Source of the DNA: Candidatus Dormiibacterota bacterium
GTDB taxonomy: Bacteria; Chloroflexota; Dormibacteria; Aeolococcales; Aeolococcaceae
Length of the DNA stretch: 64,000 nt
Direction of reading: 5' to 3'
Assembly: GCA_963709585.1 (NCBI GenBank)
Contig: CAVPXI010000005.1
Location: 1 to 64,000 of the forward strand
The position numbers and the translations under genes are program-made. The notes beneath the pieces are model-generated. The model saw only the letters and a program-made list of their open reading frames with translations, was not told where the DNA came from and did not search any database. Below, piece after piece: positions 54,207 through 63,365 of the stretch (the first letter of the stretch is position 1; every line of letters starts with the position of its first letter).

Positions 54207-54890
54207 ATGCTGGACGTGGACGTGGGTGAACTGCGCGAGCGGTACAGGCGGCGGTTCTCGCAGTACGGCTATGACCCCAGGACTCTCGGGTGGAACGCCG
54301 GAAGCCAGCGGGTCCGCTTTGAAGCGGTCCTCGAGGGCCTTCGTGAGGAGGATTACCCTTCCGTTCTCGACGTGGGATGTGGGTTCGGTGATCTGCTCAC
54401 TGTCCTCCGCGCTCGTGGATGGCGGGGACGGTACACCGGCATCGATCTCGTTCCCGAGCTGATCGATGAGGCGCGCCGCCGCCACGCCGACGACGGCGAC
54501 GCTTCCTTCGCATGCTCGGAGATCACGGCGATCGCCAGGGAGCACACATCAGCCATGGCGGTGGCGATCGGGATCTTCAACCACCGTCTGCATCGGGACA
54601 ACATGGAATTCGTGCGCGAGATGATCGCCGTCATGTGGGCATCGAGCACGGAGGTGGTGGTGTGCGATTTCCTCAGTACCACCTCGGAACCGGACCGGCG
54701 CAGAGATGACCTGTTCTACGCGGACCCAGGCGCGCTGCTCGCGGAAGCGCACGTCCACTCCAGGCGAGCGATGCTCCACCACGCGTACATGCCCTTCGAG
54801 TTCCAGGTGAAGATCTGGCACCACGACGAGTTCCGGAAGGACATGCCGGTCTTCGCGCCGTACGACCATGGTGACCCGGTTGCACCGTGA
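54207..54890 (+). CDS. Class I SAM-dependent methyltransferase
   Basis: LGW..SQRVRF, VLDVGCGFGD, YTGIDL, YMPFEF. Confidence 0.86.
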   Translation: MLDVDVGELRERYRRRFSQYGYDPRTLGWNAGSQRVRFEAVLEGLREEDYPSVLDVGCGFGDLLTVLRARGWRGRYTGIDLVPELIDEARRRHADDGDASFACSEITAIAREHTSAMAVAIGIFNHRLHRDNMEFVREMIAVMWASSTEVVVCDFLSTTSEPDRRRDDLFYADPGALLAEAHVHSRRAMLHHAYMPFEFQVKIWHHDEFRKDMPVFAPYDHGDPVAP

Positions 54891-54914
54891 TCGATGACGC
54901 GCTGGAGCAGAGAA

Positions 54915-56063
54915 CTATCCAGGAACTCTGAAGCTGCGCACCGCCTCGATAACCGTGGTGACATCGCCGTCTTCCATGTTGGTGTAGAACGGAAGGCGGA
55001 GCAGTCGCTCGCTCACGCTCTCGGTCACCGGGCAGTCGGCCACGGGCTGGAGGCGCCGCCCGTACGGGGACAGATGCAGCGGCTGATAGTGGAAGACCGC
55101 GAGGATCCCGGCGGCCCTGAGGTGGCTGAGCAACGCGTCCCGCGAGTGGGCGGACGGCATCAGCATGTGGAAAAGGTGGTACGGCGTCTCGCAATCCGAC
55201 GGTATCGACGGCATCTGGACATCGTTGGCATCTGACCAGTCGGCAAGCTCGTCGTCGTAGCGGTGCCAAATGGCGCTCCGGTGCTCCAACACCCAGTCGC
55301 GGTCCTCGAGTTGGGCGAGCAGCATCGCGGCAAGCAGATCCGAGGGTAGGTAGCTCGAACCCACATCGACCCATGTGTACTTGTCGACCAGACCGAGGAA
55401 GAACTGGCGCCGATTCGTTCCCTTCTCGCGGATGATCTCCGCTCGCCCGATGTACGCGGAATCGTTGATCACGATCGCTCCCCCCTCGCCGCAGGAAAAG
55501 TTCTTGGTTTCGTGAAAACTTTGGGCGGCCATGACGCCGAACGTTCCCAGCAGTCGCCCGCGATAGCGACCGAACAAGCCGTGCGCGTTGTCCTCCACGA
55601 TGGGGACGCCGTGCCGCGCTGCAATCTCGAGGATCGGGTCCATCTCGCACGCAACTCCGGCGTAGTGCACCGGCACGATCGCACGGGTCCTCTCGGTGAT
55701 CAGAGCCTCGAGCCTGCTCTCATCGAGGTTGAGGGTGTCGGAGCGGATGTCGATGAACACCGGGGTCGCTCCACGGAGCACGAAGGCATTCACAGTCGAG
55801 GAGAACGTGAATGAGGGGACGATGACCTCGTCACCCGGTCCGATGTTCAGCAGGAGGGCCATCAACTCGAGTGCGTGCGTGCCGGATGTCGTCAGCCGGA
55901 CAGTCGAGCCACCGAACAGGTCACCGAGGAGATCCTGGCATCTCTGCGTAAATGGGCCATCACCGGAGAGGTGCCCGCTGTGAAGCGCCGCGGCGACGTA
56001 CTCGTCGACCAACCGGGTTTGGGTCGGGCGGTTGAACGGGATCCGCAGCGAAGGAGCGCTCAC
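54915..56063 (-). CDS. wecE: dTDP-4-amino-4,6-dideoxygalactose transaminase
   Basis: SGDGPFT, VHYAGVACEMD, EDNAHG, SFHETKN, EKGTNR..VDKYTW. Confidence 0.92.
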   Translation of the reverse strand: MSAPSLRIPFNRPTQTRLVDEYVAAALHSGHLSGDGPFTQRCQDLLGDLFGGSTVRLTTSGTHALELMALLLNIGPGDEVIVPSFTFSSTVNAFVLRGATPVFIDIRSDTLNLDESRLEALITERTRAIVPVHYAGVACEMDPILEIAARHGVPIVEDNAHGLFGRYRGRLLGTFGVMAAQSFHETKNFSCGEGGAIVINDSAYIGRAEIIREKGTNRRQFFLGLVDKYTWVDVGSSYLPSDLLAAMLLAQLEDRDWVLEHRSAIWHRYDDELADWSDANDVQMPSIPSDCETPYHLFHMLMPSAHSRDALLSHLRAAGILAVFHYQPLHLSPYGRRLQPVADCPVTESVSERLLRLPFYTNMEDGDVTTVIEAVRSFRVPG

Positions 56064-56067
56064 CCCG

Positions 56068-56349
56068 CTATCCTGCCGTCACGACGACCGCATCAGCGTC
56101 GCTGAACACGACGTGGCCAAGTCCGATAACGGCCGGATCGTGGCCGCTGTGAATGCGATCGATGAAGTGACCGTCGGGATCCCATTGCGGATGGGATCGT
56201 AAGGCTCGATGAACACCTGACGCTCCGAGAAAGCTGAGTAGTAACAATACCGGCCATCTGTCCTCAGCGGGGCGATCCCGTGGTTGTTGACTGCGACCAC
56301 GGCTTCGACGGACGAGTGCTCGCCAAGCCAAGCGAGCGCGGCGGAGCAC
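56068..56349 (-). pseudogene. 3' remnant of a third copy of the GT-C-like membrane protein (14..1888 / 5457..7739), internally deleted and frameshifted
   Basis: VVAVNNH..TDGRYCYYSAFSERQVFIEPYDPIRNGI, then IDRIHSGHDPAVIGLGHVVFSDADAVVV in another frame. Confidence 0.8.
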
Positions 56350-56362
56350 TGGGGGTCAGGAT

Positions 56363-56956
56363 CTAATGCGGCTGCCCTAAGGTCGCTGCTCCCGTCGGCG
56401 CATCATTACTGTTCAGCGGTGACTTACGGCGCTTCTTCCGCGGCCGATTACGCCATTGCTCCCAGGCCACAGCCTTCCGGATGCACCATCCGCTGCTTGC
56501 CAGAAAGCCGTATTCCAACCCATATAACCCAATGAAGAAGATGGGGTTGACCGGTCTCCCCCCGTCGACCACAACATGGAAGAAGAGTGCGCAGGACGCA
56601 CTGAACGCTGCGAATAAGAAGAAGCCGACCACCCACAGGCGCATGGGCGCTGCCGATGCCGCGGATCCGACCTCTCGGGGAACGAGACGCTTTCGCATCG
56701 GCACAAGAGTCAGCGCACTCGGGTAGGTGGCGACGATCGCGGCGGTCACGAGCGAGCTGGTGGTGAAGCCGTCGCCGTTGCTGAAGCCGAAGGCGACGGT
56801 GAGTCCAACCCAGAGTGGAAGTGCACTCCCGAGGAGGACAGCACCCGGCCAGTAGCGCACACCCGCGTCCCATCGCGGGGTCGAGAACTTGCCCGGCAGG
56901 GGGTATGAATCCCAGCGGGGTGGCCCTTGGCCCTCGACCTTCCCACCCTCCTTCAT
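56363..56956 (-). CDS. Hypothetical membrane protein
   Basis: About 4 TM segments, basic tail; atypical, more AT-rich codons. Confidence 0.5.
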   Translation of the reverse strand: MKEGGKVEGQGPPRWDSYPLPGKFSTPRWDAGVRYWPGAVLLGSALPLWVGLTVAFGFSNGDGFTTSSLVTAAIVATYPSALTLVPMRKRLVPREVGSAASAAPMRLWVVGFFLFAAFSASCALFFHVVVDGGRPVNPIFFIGLYGLEYGFLASSGWCIRKAVAWEQWRNRPRKKRRKSPLNSNDAPTGAATLGQPH

Positions 56957-57016
56957 AACATCCCGAACGATAGCTCACCAAAAAGGGTAAAGAGGATGAC
57001 CTGGTGCGAAGCTGGA

Positions 57017-57454
57017 TCAGGAGATCGGCGGCGGTAGCGCTGGCGGTGCGGCCGGGGGCACGCCTCCCGCCCATATGTAGCGGTCCCAGAGCCCGTTGAG
57101 GTGGCTTTGGTAATACAGCGGGTAGAGGGTGAAGATGAAGGCGAGCAACAAGCCAAGGCCGCCCGACGCCCGACTTGGACTGCCACCAACCTCCTCCATT
57201 CTCGCGATGCGCTTGCCTGTCCTGTAGATAGTCACCAACGGCGGAATAACGAGGATGGCCCCAGGAATGAAGGCCAGCACTGACAGCGCGGGCTTTATGG
57301 AGTCGTCCCGGAGAAAACGACGCGCCTCATCATTGACCTTGTAGATCCAAACGTACGAGTAAATGCCGAGCGTAATGAAGGGCAAGCCGAGCCACACCGC
57401 GACGATGTTGCGTTTCTTGTAGGTCTGATTTCCGATCACGACCGTCTGCGACAT
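57017..57454 (-). CDS. DUF4234-like membrane protein
   Basis: ITLGIYSYVWIYKVN, YYQSHLN; SD AAAGGGGA. Confidence 0.75.
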   Translation of the reverse strand: MSQTVVIGNQTYKKRNIVAVWLGLPFITLGIYSYVWIYKVNDEARRFLRDDSIKPALSVLAFIPGAILVIPPLVTIYRTGKRIARMEEVGGSPSRASGGLGLLLAFIFTLYPLYYQSHLNGLWDRYIWAGGVPPAAPPALPPPIS

Positions 57455-57540
57455 TGGGGTCCCCTTTACGAGCCCGCTGGCAAGGCGCCGAGCGTGCTGG
57501 CCGGAGTCTAGTGGGATCGCCGGCGCCACGGGGGAAGTTG

Positions 57541-57735
57541 TCAGCTGGGAGGCGGTGGACCCTTCGTGATTGGGAACGATATCGGACCGATGCGCGAGAG
57601 CACATAGAATCCGATCGCGAAGAGCGCGAGTGCCAATGCCGTCCGGGAGAGCACCCCATTCGTGGTCAACTCGACCACTCCCGCGACCAGGAACAGCGTG
57701 AAGCTGACTACGATGCAGAAGTCCTTGAATGTCAT
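57541..57735 (-). CDS. Small two-TM membrane protein (64 aa)
   Basis: GGGAG/GGAG upstream of ATG; two hydrophobic segments. Confidence 0.55.
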   Translation of the reverse strand: MTFKDFCIVVSFTLFLVAGVVELTTNGVLSRTALALALFAIGFYVLSRIGPISFPITKGPPPPS

Positions 57736-57963
57736 GGCTCCGTCTCCCTATTCGTGAACATGACCACAGCTTAGGGCTCCAGGGATAGCTCGGAGTCCGC
57801 TGACCAGGACGCCGCGCAGGCCGCGGCGCAGAAGGCGGCCAAGAAGGCCAAGGCTTCGGGGCGGGCCCGGGTGATCATCGCCGACACCGGGATGTGATGC
57901 CGTAACCGGGCCACACCTGCGTAGAGCCCGCTGGCATACAGTGCCCGTCACGGAGGACGAGGC

Positions 57964-58446
57964 ATGATCGGTGCACGGTTGCGGCGCCTGGCGTGGTCGG
58001 TTGTGGTCGTGGCGCTGGTGGGCTGCGGCGGCACCGTCACGAGCGGCGGAACCCCGGCAACCAGCGCGAACTACGTCCAGCAGTACGCAAATGCCGGGGC
58101 CGCGCTGGACACGGCGACGACCACATGGGACACGCTCGGCCAGTCGCTGGTCGTGGCCGGCACGAACACCGTTGCCAACGAGGCGCCGATCGACGCCGCC
58201 TACGCCCAGGCGCTGCAGGCGTTCAGCACCACGCTGCTCGGCATCCAGTTCCCAGCCTCCACCCAGAACGATGTCCGCGCGGTGGTCAACGCGGCGGCGA
58301 TCGTGCGCCGCGACCTCGCCGGCGTCGCGAGCGGCGCGGTCGCAACCGCTCAATTCGTGAGCGATGAGTCCAACCTCCAGGCGGCGATCAACCTCGTGCA
58401 GCGGGATCTCGGTCTGGGTTCGAGCACCCCGATTGCCGGTGGGTGA
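57964..58446 (+). CDS. Lipoprotein, helical
   Basis: Lipobox LVGC; SD GGAGG/GAGG; TACAGT upstream. Confidence 0.75.
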   Translation: MIGARLRRLAWSVVVVALVGCGGTVTSGGTPATSANYVQQYANAGAALDTATTTWDTLGQSLVVAGTNTVANEAPIDAAYAQALQAFSTTLLGIQFPASTQNDVRAVVNAAAIVRRDLAGVASGAVATAQFVSDESNLQAAINLVQRDLGLGSSTPIAGG

Positions 58447-58482
58447 GATGCCGGCGGAACGAAGCCTCGCCTGACGGCTCGA

Positions 58483-59244
58483 CTAGAAGAGGAGGTGGAG
58501 CGCAAACGCAACGCCGAAGACGACGACGACGGTGCGCAGCACCACCGGACTCAGACGGCGTGCCACGGTCACGCCGATGAAGCCGCCTGCCGCGCTCATC
58601 GGGAACATGACCAGGACGGCGATCCACGACACCGGCCCGAAGAAGGCGAAATAGACGGCCGCGACCACGTTGATGATCAGCGACATCATGCCCTTGAGCG
58701 CGTTGATCCGCTGCAGATCGTCGCGGATGAACAGTCCGAGCACCGCGAGCATCATCACGCCCAGACCGGCGCCGAAAAAGGCGCCGTAGACACCGCCGAG
58801 AAACTGCGCCGCCGCGAGCACGGGCGAACGGTGCTGTTCGTGTTCCGGGCGACGTGCGCTGACCCGCGACGTGACCACGGGCTGAAGCAGGAGCAACCCG
58901 CATGCGCCGAGGATCAGCCACGGGACGACAGCCGCGAACACGCTCTTGGAAGTGCGCGTCAGCAGGATCGCGCCGACGATCGCGCCGGCGACGCTGATCG
59001 GCCCGAGAAAACGCACCCGCTCGCGTTGAACCTTGAGCTCCGCCCGGTAGGCGACGCTGCCGCCCGCGTAACCCGGAAGCAGGCCGAGCGTGCTCGTGAC
59101 ATTTGCGGTCAGCGCCGGGAAACCGAGCAGGAGCAAGGCCGGAAACGACAGGAGGGTTCCTCCTCCGGCGACTGCGTTCACCGCGCCGGCAACCAGCGCC
59201 GCGGCCGCGACCAGGAGCAGCCGTGCGGCGTCGAGATGGATCAA
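58483..59244 (-). CDS. TauE/SafE (TSUP) family exporter
   Basis: AGAVNAVAGGGTLLSFPAL, GVYGAFFGAGLG, NALK. Confidence 0.9.
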   Translation of the reverse strand: MIHLDAARLLLVAAAALVAGAVNAVAGGGTLLSFPALLLLGFPALTANVTSTLGLLPGYAGGSVAYRAELKVQRERVRFLGPISVAGAIVGAILLTRTSKSVFAAVVPWLILGACGLLLLQPVVTSRVSARRPEHEQHRSPVLAAAQFLGGVYGAFFGAGLGVMMLAVLGLFIRDDLQRINALKGMMSLIINVVAAVYFAFFGPVSWIAVLVMFPMSAAGGFIGVTVARRLSPVVLRTVVVVFGVAFALHLLF

Positions 59245-59918
59245 GGGTTGCCGGGCGCGATCCTCGCGCGTGCGGCGGCCTCTCGCAGCCCAAGAATGTC
59301 GGCACTCAGCTCGCCGGCGGCGAGGCGCGCTCGGATCTCGCTCTCGTGCGCGACGCGGTCCAGTACCCCGCGAGCCATCTCGACGGCCGACGCGGCGGCG
59401 ACGCAGACGACCCCGTCGTCATCGGCGACAATGACATCACCGGGCTCGACCTCCTGCCCCGCGCATACCACGGCGCGATTCACCGCTCCCGCACCATGTT
59501 TGGTCGTGCCTTGCGCCGTGATCCACCGTGACCAGACGGGGAAACCCATCGCGCGCAACTCGGCCACGTCGCGCACCCCCGCATCGATGACGGCGCCGAT
59601 CACTCCGTGGGCCCGTAGCGACGTCGCAAGCAGCTCCCCGATGACCCCGGCGTTCCTCGGCGGCCCGGTCGCAACGACCAGCACATCGCCCGGACGGCAG
59701 TGCTCGACCGCCATGTGGATCATCAGGTTGTCCGCCGGTGGGCAGAGGACGGTCACCGCCGGACCCGCGATACGGATGCCCTGCTGGATCGGGCGAATCG
59801 CCGGGTCGAGCAAACCTGCTCTGCCGAAGGCCTCATGTGCGGCGGCGACGCCGTGGGCGGCGAGGGTGGCGACGGCCGCGGACCAGTCCGCCTCCAGCGA
59901 CCGATCACCGCCCGACAT
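59241..59918 (-). CDS. RraA/LigK family HMG-CHA aldolase
   Basis: IAGPAVTV, DNLMIH, IGELLA, DAGVRD, GDVIVADDDGVV. Confidence 0.85.
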   Translation of the reverse strand: MSGGDRSLEADWSAAVATLAAHGVAAAHEAFGRAGLLDPAIRPIQQGIRIAGPAVTVLCPPADNLMIHMAVEHCRPGDVLVVATGPPRNAGVIGELLATSLRAHGVIGAVIDAGVRDVAELRAMGFPVWSRWITAQGTTKHGAGAVNRAVVCAGQEVEPGDVIVADDDGVVCVAAASAVEMARGVLDRVAHESEIRARLAAGELSADILGLREAAARARIAPGNP

Positions 59919-60823
59919 CAGGCCGGTGACGCGACCACGATGTTGCGAAGCTTCCCGATGCCCTCGATCTCCGACTCCATAACGTCGCCAGGCTGCAGGT
60001 ATTCCGGTGGGGTTCGCGCAAAGCCAACTCCCTCGGGGGTGCCGGTCGCGATCAGCATCCCCGGGAGCAGGGTCATGCCGACCGACAGCCACTCGATGAT
60101 CGCGTCCACGGGGTAGATCATGTCGCGGCTGTTGGCATCCTGCTTCACCGAGCCGTTGATGCGCAGCTCAAGGTGCAACGACTGCACGTCGGCGATCTCG
60201 TCGCGCGTCAGCACCCACGGGCCCACGGGGCAGGATCCGTCAAGGCTCTTCCCCTTGAACCACTGACCGCCCCAGCCGTTCTGGATGTCGCGTGCGGTGA
60301 CATCGTTGAGCACGGTGTAGCCGAAGACATGGTTGAGCGCGTCCTGGCGCTTGATGTTGGCGCCGCGACGTCCGATCACGACGCCCAGCTCGACCTCCCA
60401 GTCGATCTTGGTGCTCACCGACGGGTCGATGCGGATGTCGGCGTACGGGGCAGCGATGGTGGTGATCGCCTTCGTGAAGATGGTCGGCGGCCCGACCTCG
60501 GCGTTCGAGGCGCGTGCGGTCTCCTCGGCATGCTTCTGGTAGTTGCGACCGATCGCGAGCACGTTCCCTCGCGGCGGGTCGAACGGCGGAAGCAGGGTCA
60601 GGTCCGCAAGCTTGCGAATCGCGCTCGCCGGCGCTGACGACGCCAGGACGCGCAGGCGATCGACGCCCTCCTCGCCGGCGTCGATCACACCGAGAACGGT
60701 TGCGGGCAGCGGGGCCGAGCCAGCGCCGTTGGCGGCGGCGACGTCGACAATCTCATCGGGTGCGCCGTCGCGTCCGACACCCAGGCGCGGCGTACCACCA
60801 TCGCCAAACATGAGCAGTTTCAT
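59918..60823 (-). CDS. Fumarylacetoacetate hydrolase family protein
   Basis: GRNYQKHAEE, DWEVEL, NDVTARD, KGKSLD, ATGTPEGVG; SD GGAGG. Confidence 0.92.
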   Translation of the reverse strand: MKLLMFGDGGTPRLGVGRDGAPDEIVDVAAANGAGSAPLPATVLGVIDAGEEGVDRLRVLASSAPASAIRKLADLTLLPPFDPPRGNVLAIGRNYQKHAEETARASNAEVGPPTIFTKAITTIAAPYADIRIDPSVSTKIDWEVELGVVIGRRGANIKRQDALNHVFGYTVLNDVTARDIQNGWGGQWFKGKSLDGSCPVGPWVLTRDEIADVQSLHLELRINGSVKQDANSRDMIYPVDAIIEWLSVGMTLLPGMLIATGTPEGVGFARTPPEYLQPGDVMESEIEGIGKLRNIVVASPA

Positions 60824-61364
60824 ACCGTGTTCGCCTCCGAGCCGGACGCTGAGCTGAACTCGTCGCCGCTCCCAAAAACAGTTCCTCGAAATCCTGGCGA
60901 TCGAGGAGTTCGCCGGGTTGACCTTCCATGCGAATGGATCCGGACACCAGAACCGAGGTGTACGCCGCGATCTCGAGCGCGGCCCGGGCGCGCTGCTCGA
61001 CGAGCAGCACCGCCTTGCCCAGCGCCCCAAGTCCGCTGACCTGCTCGCGCAGCAATTTGTCGGCGAGTTGCGGCGCGAGGTTGGCCGTCGGCTCGTCGAG
61101 AATGAGCACCCTGGGATCGAGCATGAGCACGCGCGCGATCGCGAGCATCTTGCGTTCGCCGCCGCTCAACTTGTCGGCGCGACGTTTGAGCATCGGCTCG
61201 AGCGCGGGGAAGACTCCGACCACCTCCGGCACGCGCGCGCGGATGGTTGCGGCAGGCAGCACGTACCCGCCCATCTCCAGATTCTCGAGCACCGTCAAAG
61301 GCTCGAAGATGTCCTGCACCTGCGGCACGTATCCGACGCCGCGCCGCGCCAAGCCATCCGCGCC
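60753..61364 (-). pseudogene. 5'-truncated LivF-like ABC ATPase (Walker A missing)
   Basis: GVGYVPQ, LSGGERKMLA, LILDEPT, LLVEQ present; no N-terminal P-loop. Confidence 0.75.
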
Positions 61365-61922
61365 GCCCGCGCCGTGCTTGACCAGGAAGGCCTCATCGTC
61401 CGCGAGCCGCATCGGGGAGCCCGCGTCCGGCTGATCTCGGCGCGAGAAGCGCTCGAGATCGAGCAGGTGCGCAACGCGCTGGAGCGATTGCTCGCGCGGA
61501 GTGCCGCGGGACGTGCGACCAGCGGTGACCTGGCCGATCTTCGCGACATCCTCGCGGCGATGGCCGAGCGCCTCCGCGAGGCCGACGCCTGGGGCTACAT
61601 GCAGCTCAACCCGCAGCTGCACCGGCGGATCTGGAAGATCTCCGGCAACGAGGTCGCCACCAAGATGCTCATCACCCTCAAGTCGCAGAGCATCCGGTTC
61701 CAGTACGGCACCATCCTCCGGCCCGGCCGTCCCGAGCAATCGCTTCGGGAGCACGAGGCGATCGTTGCCGCGATCGCGGCGCACGACCCCGATGCCTGCG
61801 ATGCCGCGATGGCGGTCCACCTCGGCCACGTCCTCGAGACGCTGCGGTGGGCGATCGAGTTGCAGGAACGCCAGCGGCCGTGGTCGGCGTTACGGGAGCC
61901 GGCGCTCGACGCTCAGCCCTGA
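61353..61922 (+). pseudogene. 5'-truncated GntR/FCD regulator (most of the HTH missing)
   Basis: LDQEGLIVREPHRGARV, EQVRNALE, LHRRI, SLREHEAIVAAI, AMAVHL; no start codon in place. Confidence 0.75.
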
Positions 61923-62116
61923 GGTTTAAGGAAACGAGCTCGCTCGAGTTCCACGAGCCGAAGGCCGCGACGTGGTGGCGGGAGCTCGTTGAGCTGGCAG
62001 CCCGCGGGCCGCGTGTCCAGCGTCGCGGAGTCCGGCTCGAAGCGCCGCCGGATCGCGGAGCCTCGAACTGAGAACCCCTGGGCCACTGCGATCCGGTCAC
62101 GAATGGTGAGCAACAT
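61913..62116 (-). CDS. Possible small hypothetical protein (67 aa)
   Basis: GAGGAG 5 nt before ATG; no recognisable motif. Confidence 0.35.
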   Translation of the reverse strand: MLLTIRDRIAVAQGFSVRGSAIRRRFEPDSATLDTRPAGCQLNELPPPRRGLRLVELERARFLKPQG

Positions 62117-62282
62117 CGAGGCTCCTCAACACGCGATACGCGAGCATGATCCGAACGTCCGACGGAAGTCCAACGATAGCACCCGTTTCGAGTTGTTACC
62201 GGCGCGCGTCCGTGAGTGCGCCGGGCAGATCAAAGCTGCCGACTATCGACACGCGGTCGGGCGCCGTAGCAAAATACCGCGC

Positions 62283-62480
62283 GTGAAACCATCGAACACG
62301 GCGCTGCAGATTCGGTGCGTTCGCTGCGGCGGGACGAGGATGCTTCCGCTGACCGTCCACTTCCCGCGAGCGGAGTACGTGCAGATGCGGCGCTTCGCCC
62401 ACCCGGTGCGTGCGGAGCTGAAGTGCATCGCCTGTGGGCACCGCCACGTCGCTCATCCCCGCGTCCTCCTCCCCGGCTGA
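62283..62480 (+). CDS. Small Cys4 zinc-ribbon-like protein (65 aa)
   Basis: CVRC and CIAC pairs; CAAAAT 7 nt before GTG. Confidence 0.55.
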   Translation: MKPSNTALQIRCVRCGGTRMLPLTVHFPRAEYVQMRRFAHPVRAELKCIACGHRHVAHPRVLLPG

Positions 62481-62528
62481 GCCGTAGCCTCGACCGCGCG
62501 GTCACCCGCCTCCGGTCAGAATGGGCGG

Positions 62529-63365
62529 GTGGCATCGGAGAAGTTCACCGTGCAGCGTGGCACCGCAACCCTTGCGGGTGAGCGCTGGCCGGGCGGCGGA
62601 CAGCCCGTGATCCTGCTCCACTCGGGTGTCACCGATCGCCGCTCCTGGTACGCGGTCGCGGACGCGCTCCAGCCCCAGAGCGATGCCGTTGCGTACGACA
62701 TGCGCGGCTATGGGGAGACGTCGGGGGTCACGTACGGCTTCTCGCACCTCGATGACCTCGAGGCCGTGCTCGACCAGGTGACCACCGGACCGGTCTGGCT
62801 GGTGGGGAGTTCGATGGGTGGCGAGTTAGCGATCGACGCCGCGCTGGCAATGCCTGAGCGCGTCGCCGGGATGGTGCTGCTCGCCCCGGCGGTGAGCGGC
62901 GCTCCCGAACCGAGCGTGTTCGACGCGCCCACTGATCGACTGGTCCGCATGTGGGAGGCCGCGCAGACGTCGGGCGATATCGACGAGATCAACCGGATCG
63001 AGATGTGGCTCTGGCTCGACGGGCCGAGCTCGCCCGAGGGGCGCGTGGCCGGACCGGCTCGAGCGCTCGCCCTCGCGATGAACGCGATCGCGCTGAAGAA
63101 CGAGATCCCCGAGGAGTCGGGAAAGAGCGGCATAACGGCGTGGTCGAGGCTGGAGGAGATCAATGCCCCGGTCACGGTCGGGTGCGGCGACCTCGACCTG
63201 CCGTTCATCATCGCGCGTTCGAAGGAGCTGGCCGACTGGCTTCCCAAGTCACGCTTTCACGTGTTCGAAGGTATGGCGCACCTCCCCTATCTCGAGCAGC
63301 CGGCGGTGGTCGCGGAGTTGATCAGCTCGGCGATCCGCACCCCATGGGTCACGACCCCGGCGTGA
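62529..63365 (+). CDS. Alpha/beta-fold hydrolase
   Basis: LLHSG, YDMRGYG, GSSMG nucleophile elbow, GDLD, AHLP. Confidence 0.9.
   Translation: MASEKFTVQRGTATLAGERWPGGGQPVILLHSGVTDRRSWYAVADALQPQSDAVAYDMRGYGETSGVTYGFSHLDDLEAVLDQVTTGPVWLVGSSMGGELAIDAALAMPERVAGMVLLAPAVSGAPEPSVFDAPTDRLVRMWEAAQTSGDIDEINRIEMWLWLDGPSSPEGRVAGPARALALAMNAIALKNEIPEESGKSGITAWSRLEEINAPVTVGCGDLDLPFIIARSKELADWLPKSRFHVFEGMAHLPYLEQPAVVAELISSAIRTPWVTTPA

Noticed and set aside
49020-58480. Integrative element or prophage at tRNA-Thr
   Set aside because: No integrase, phage gene or duplicated tRNA 3' end was found by eye; only an island-like gene block is supported.
60753-61922. Genuine overlapping antisense gene pair (60753..61829 minus and 60918..61922 plus)
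   Set aside because: Each ORF is protein-like on only one side of about 61360; the remainder is the antisense shadow of the other gene.
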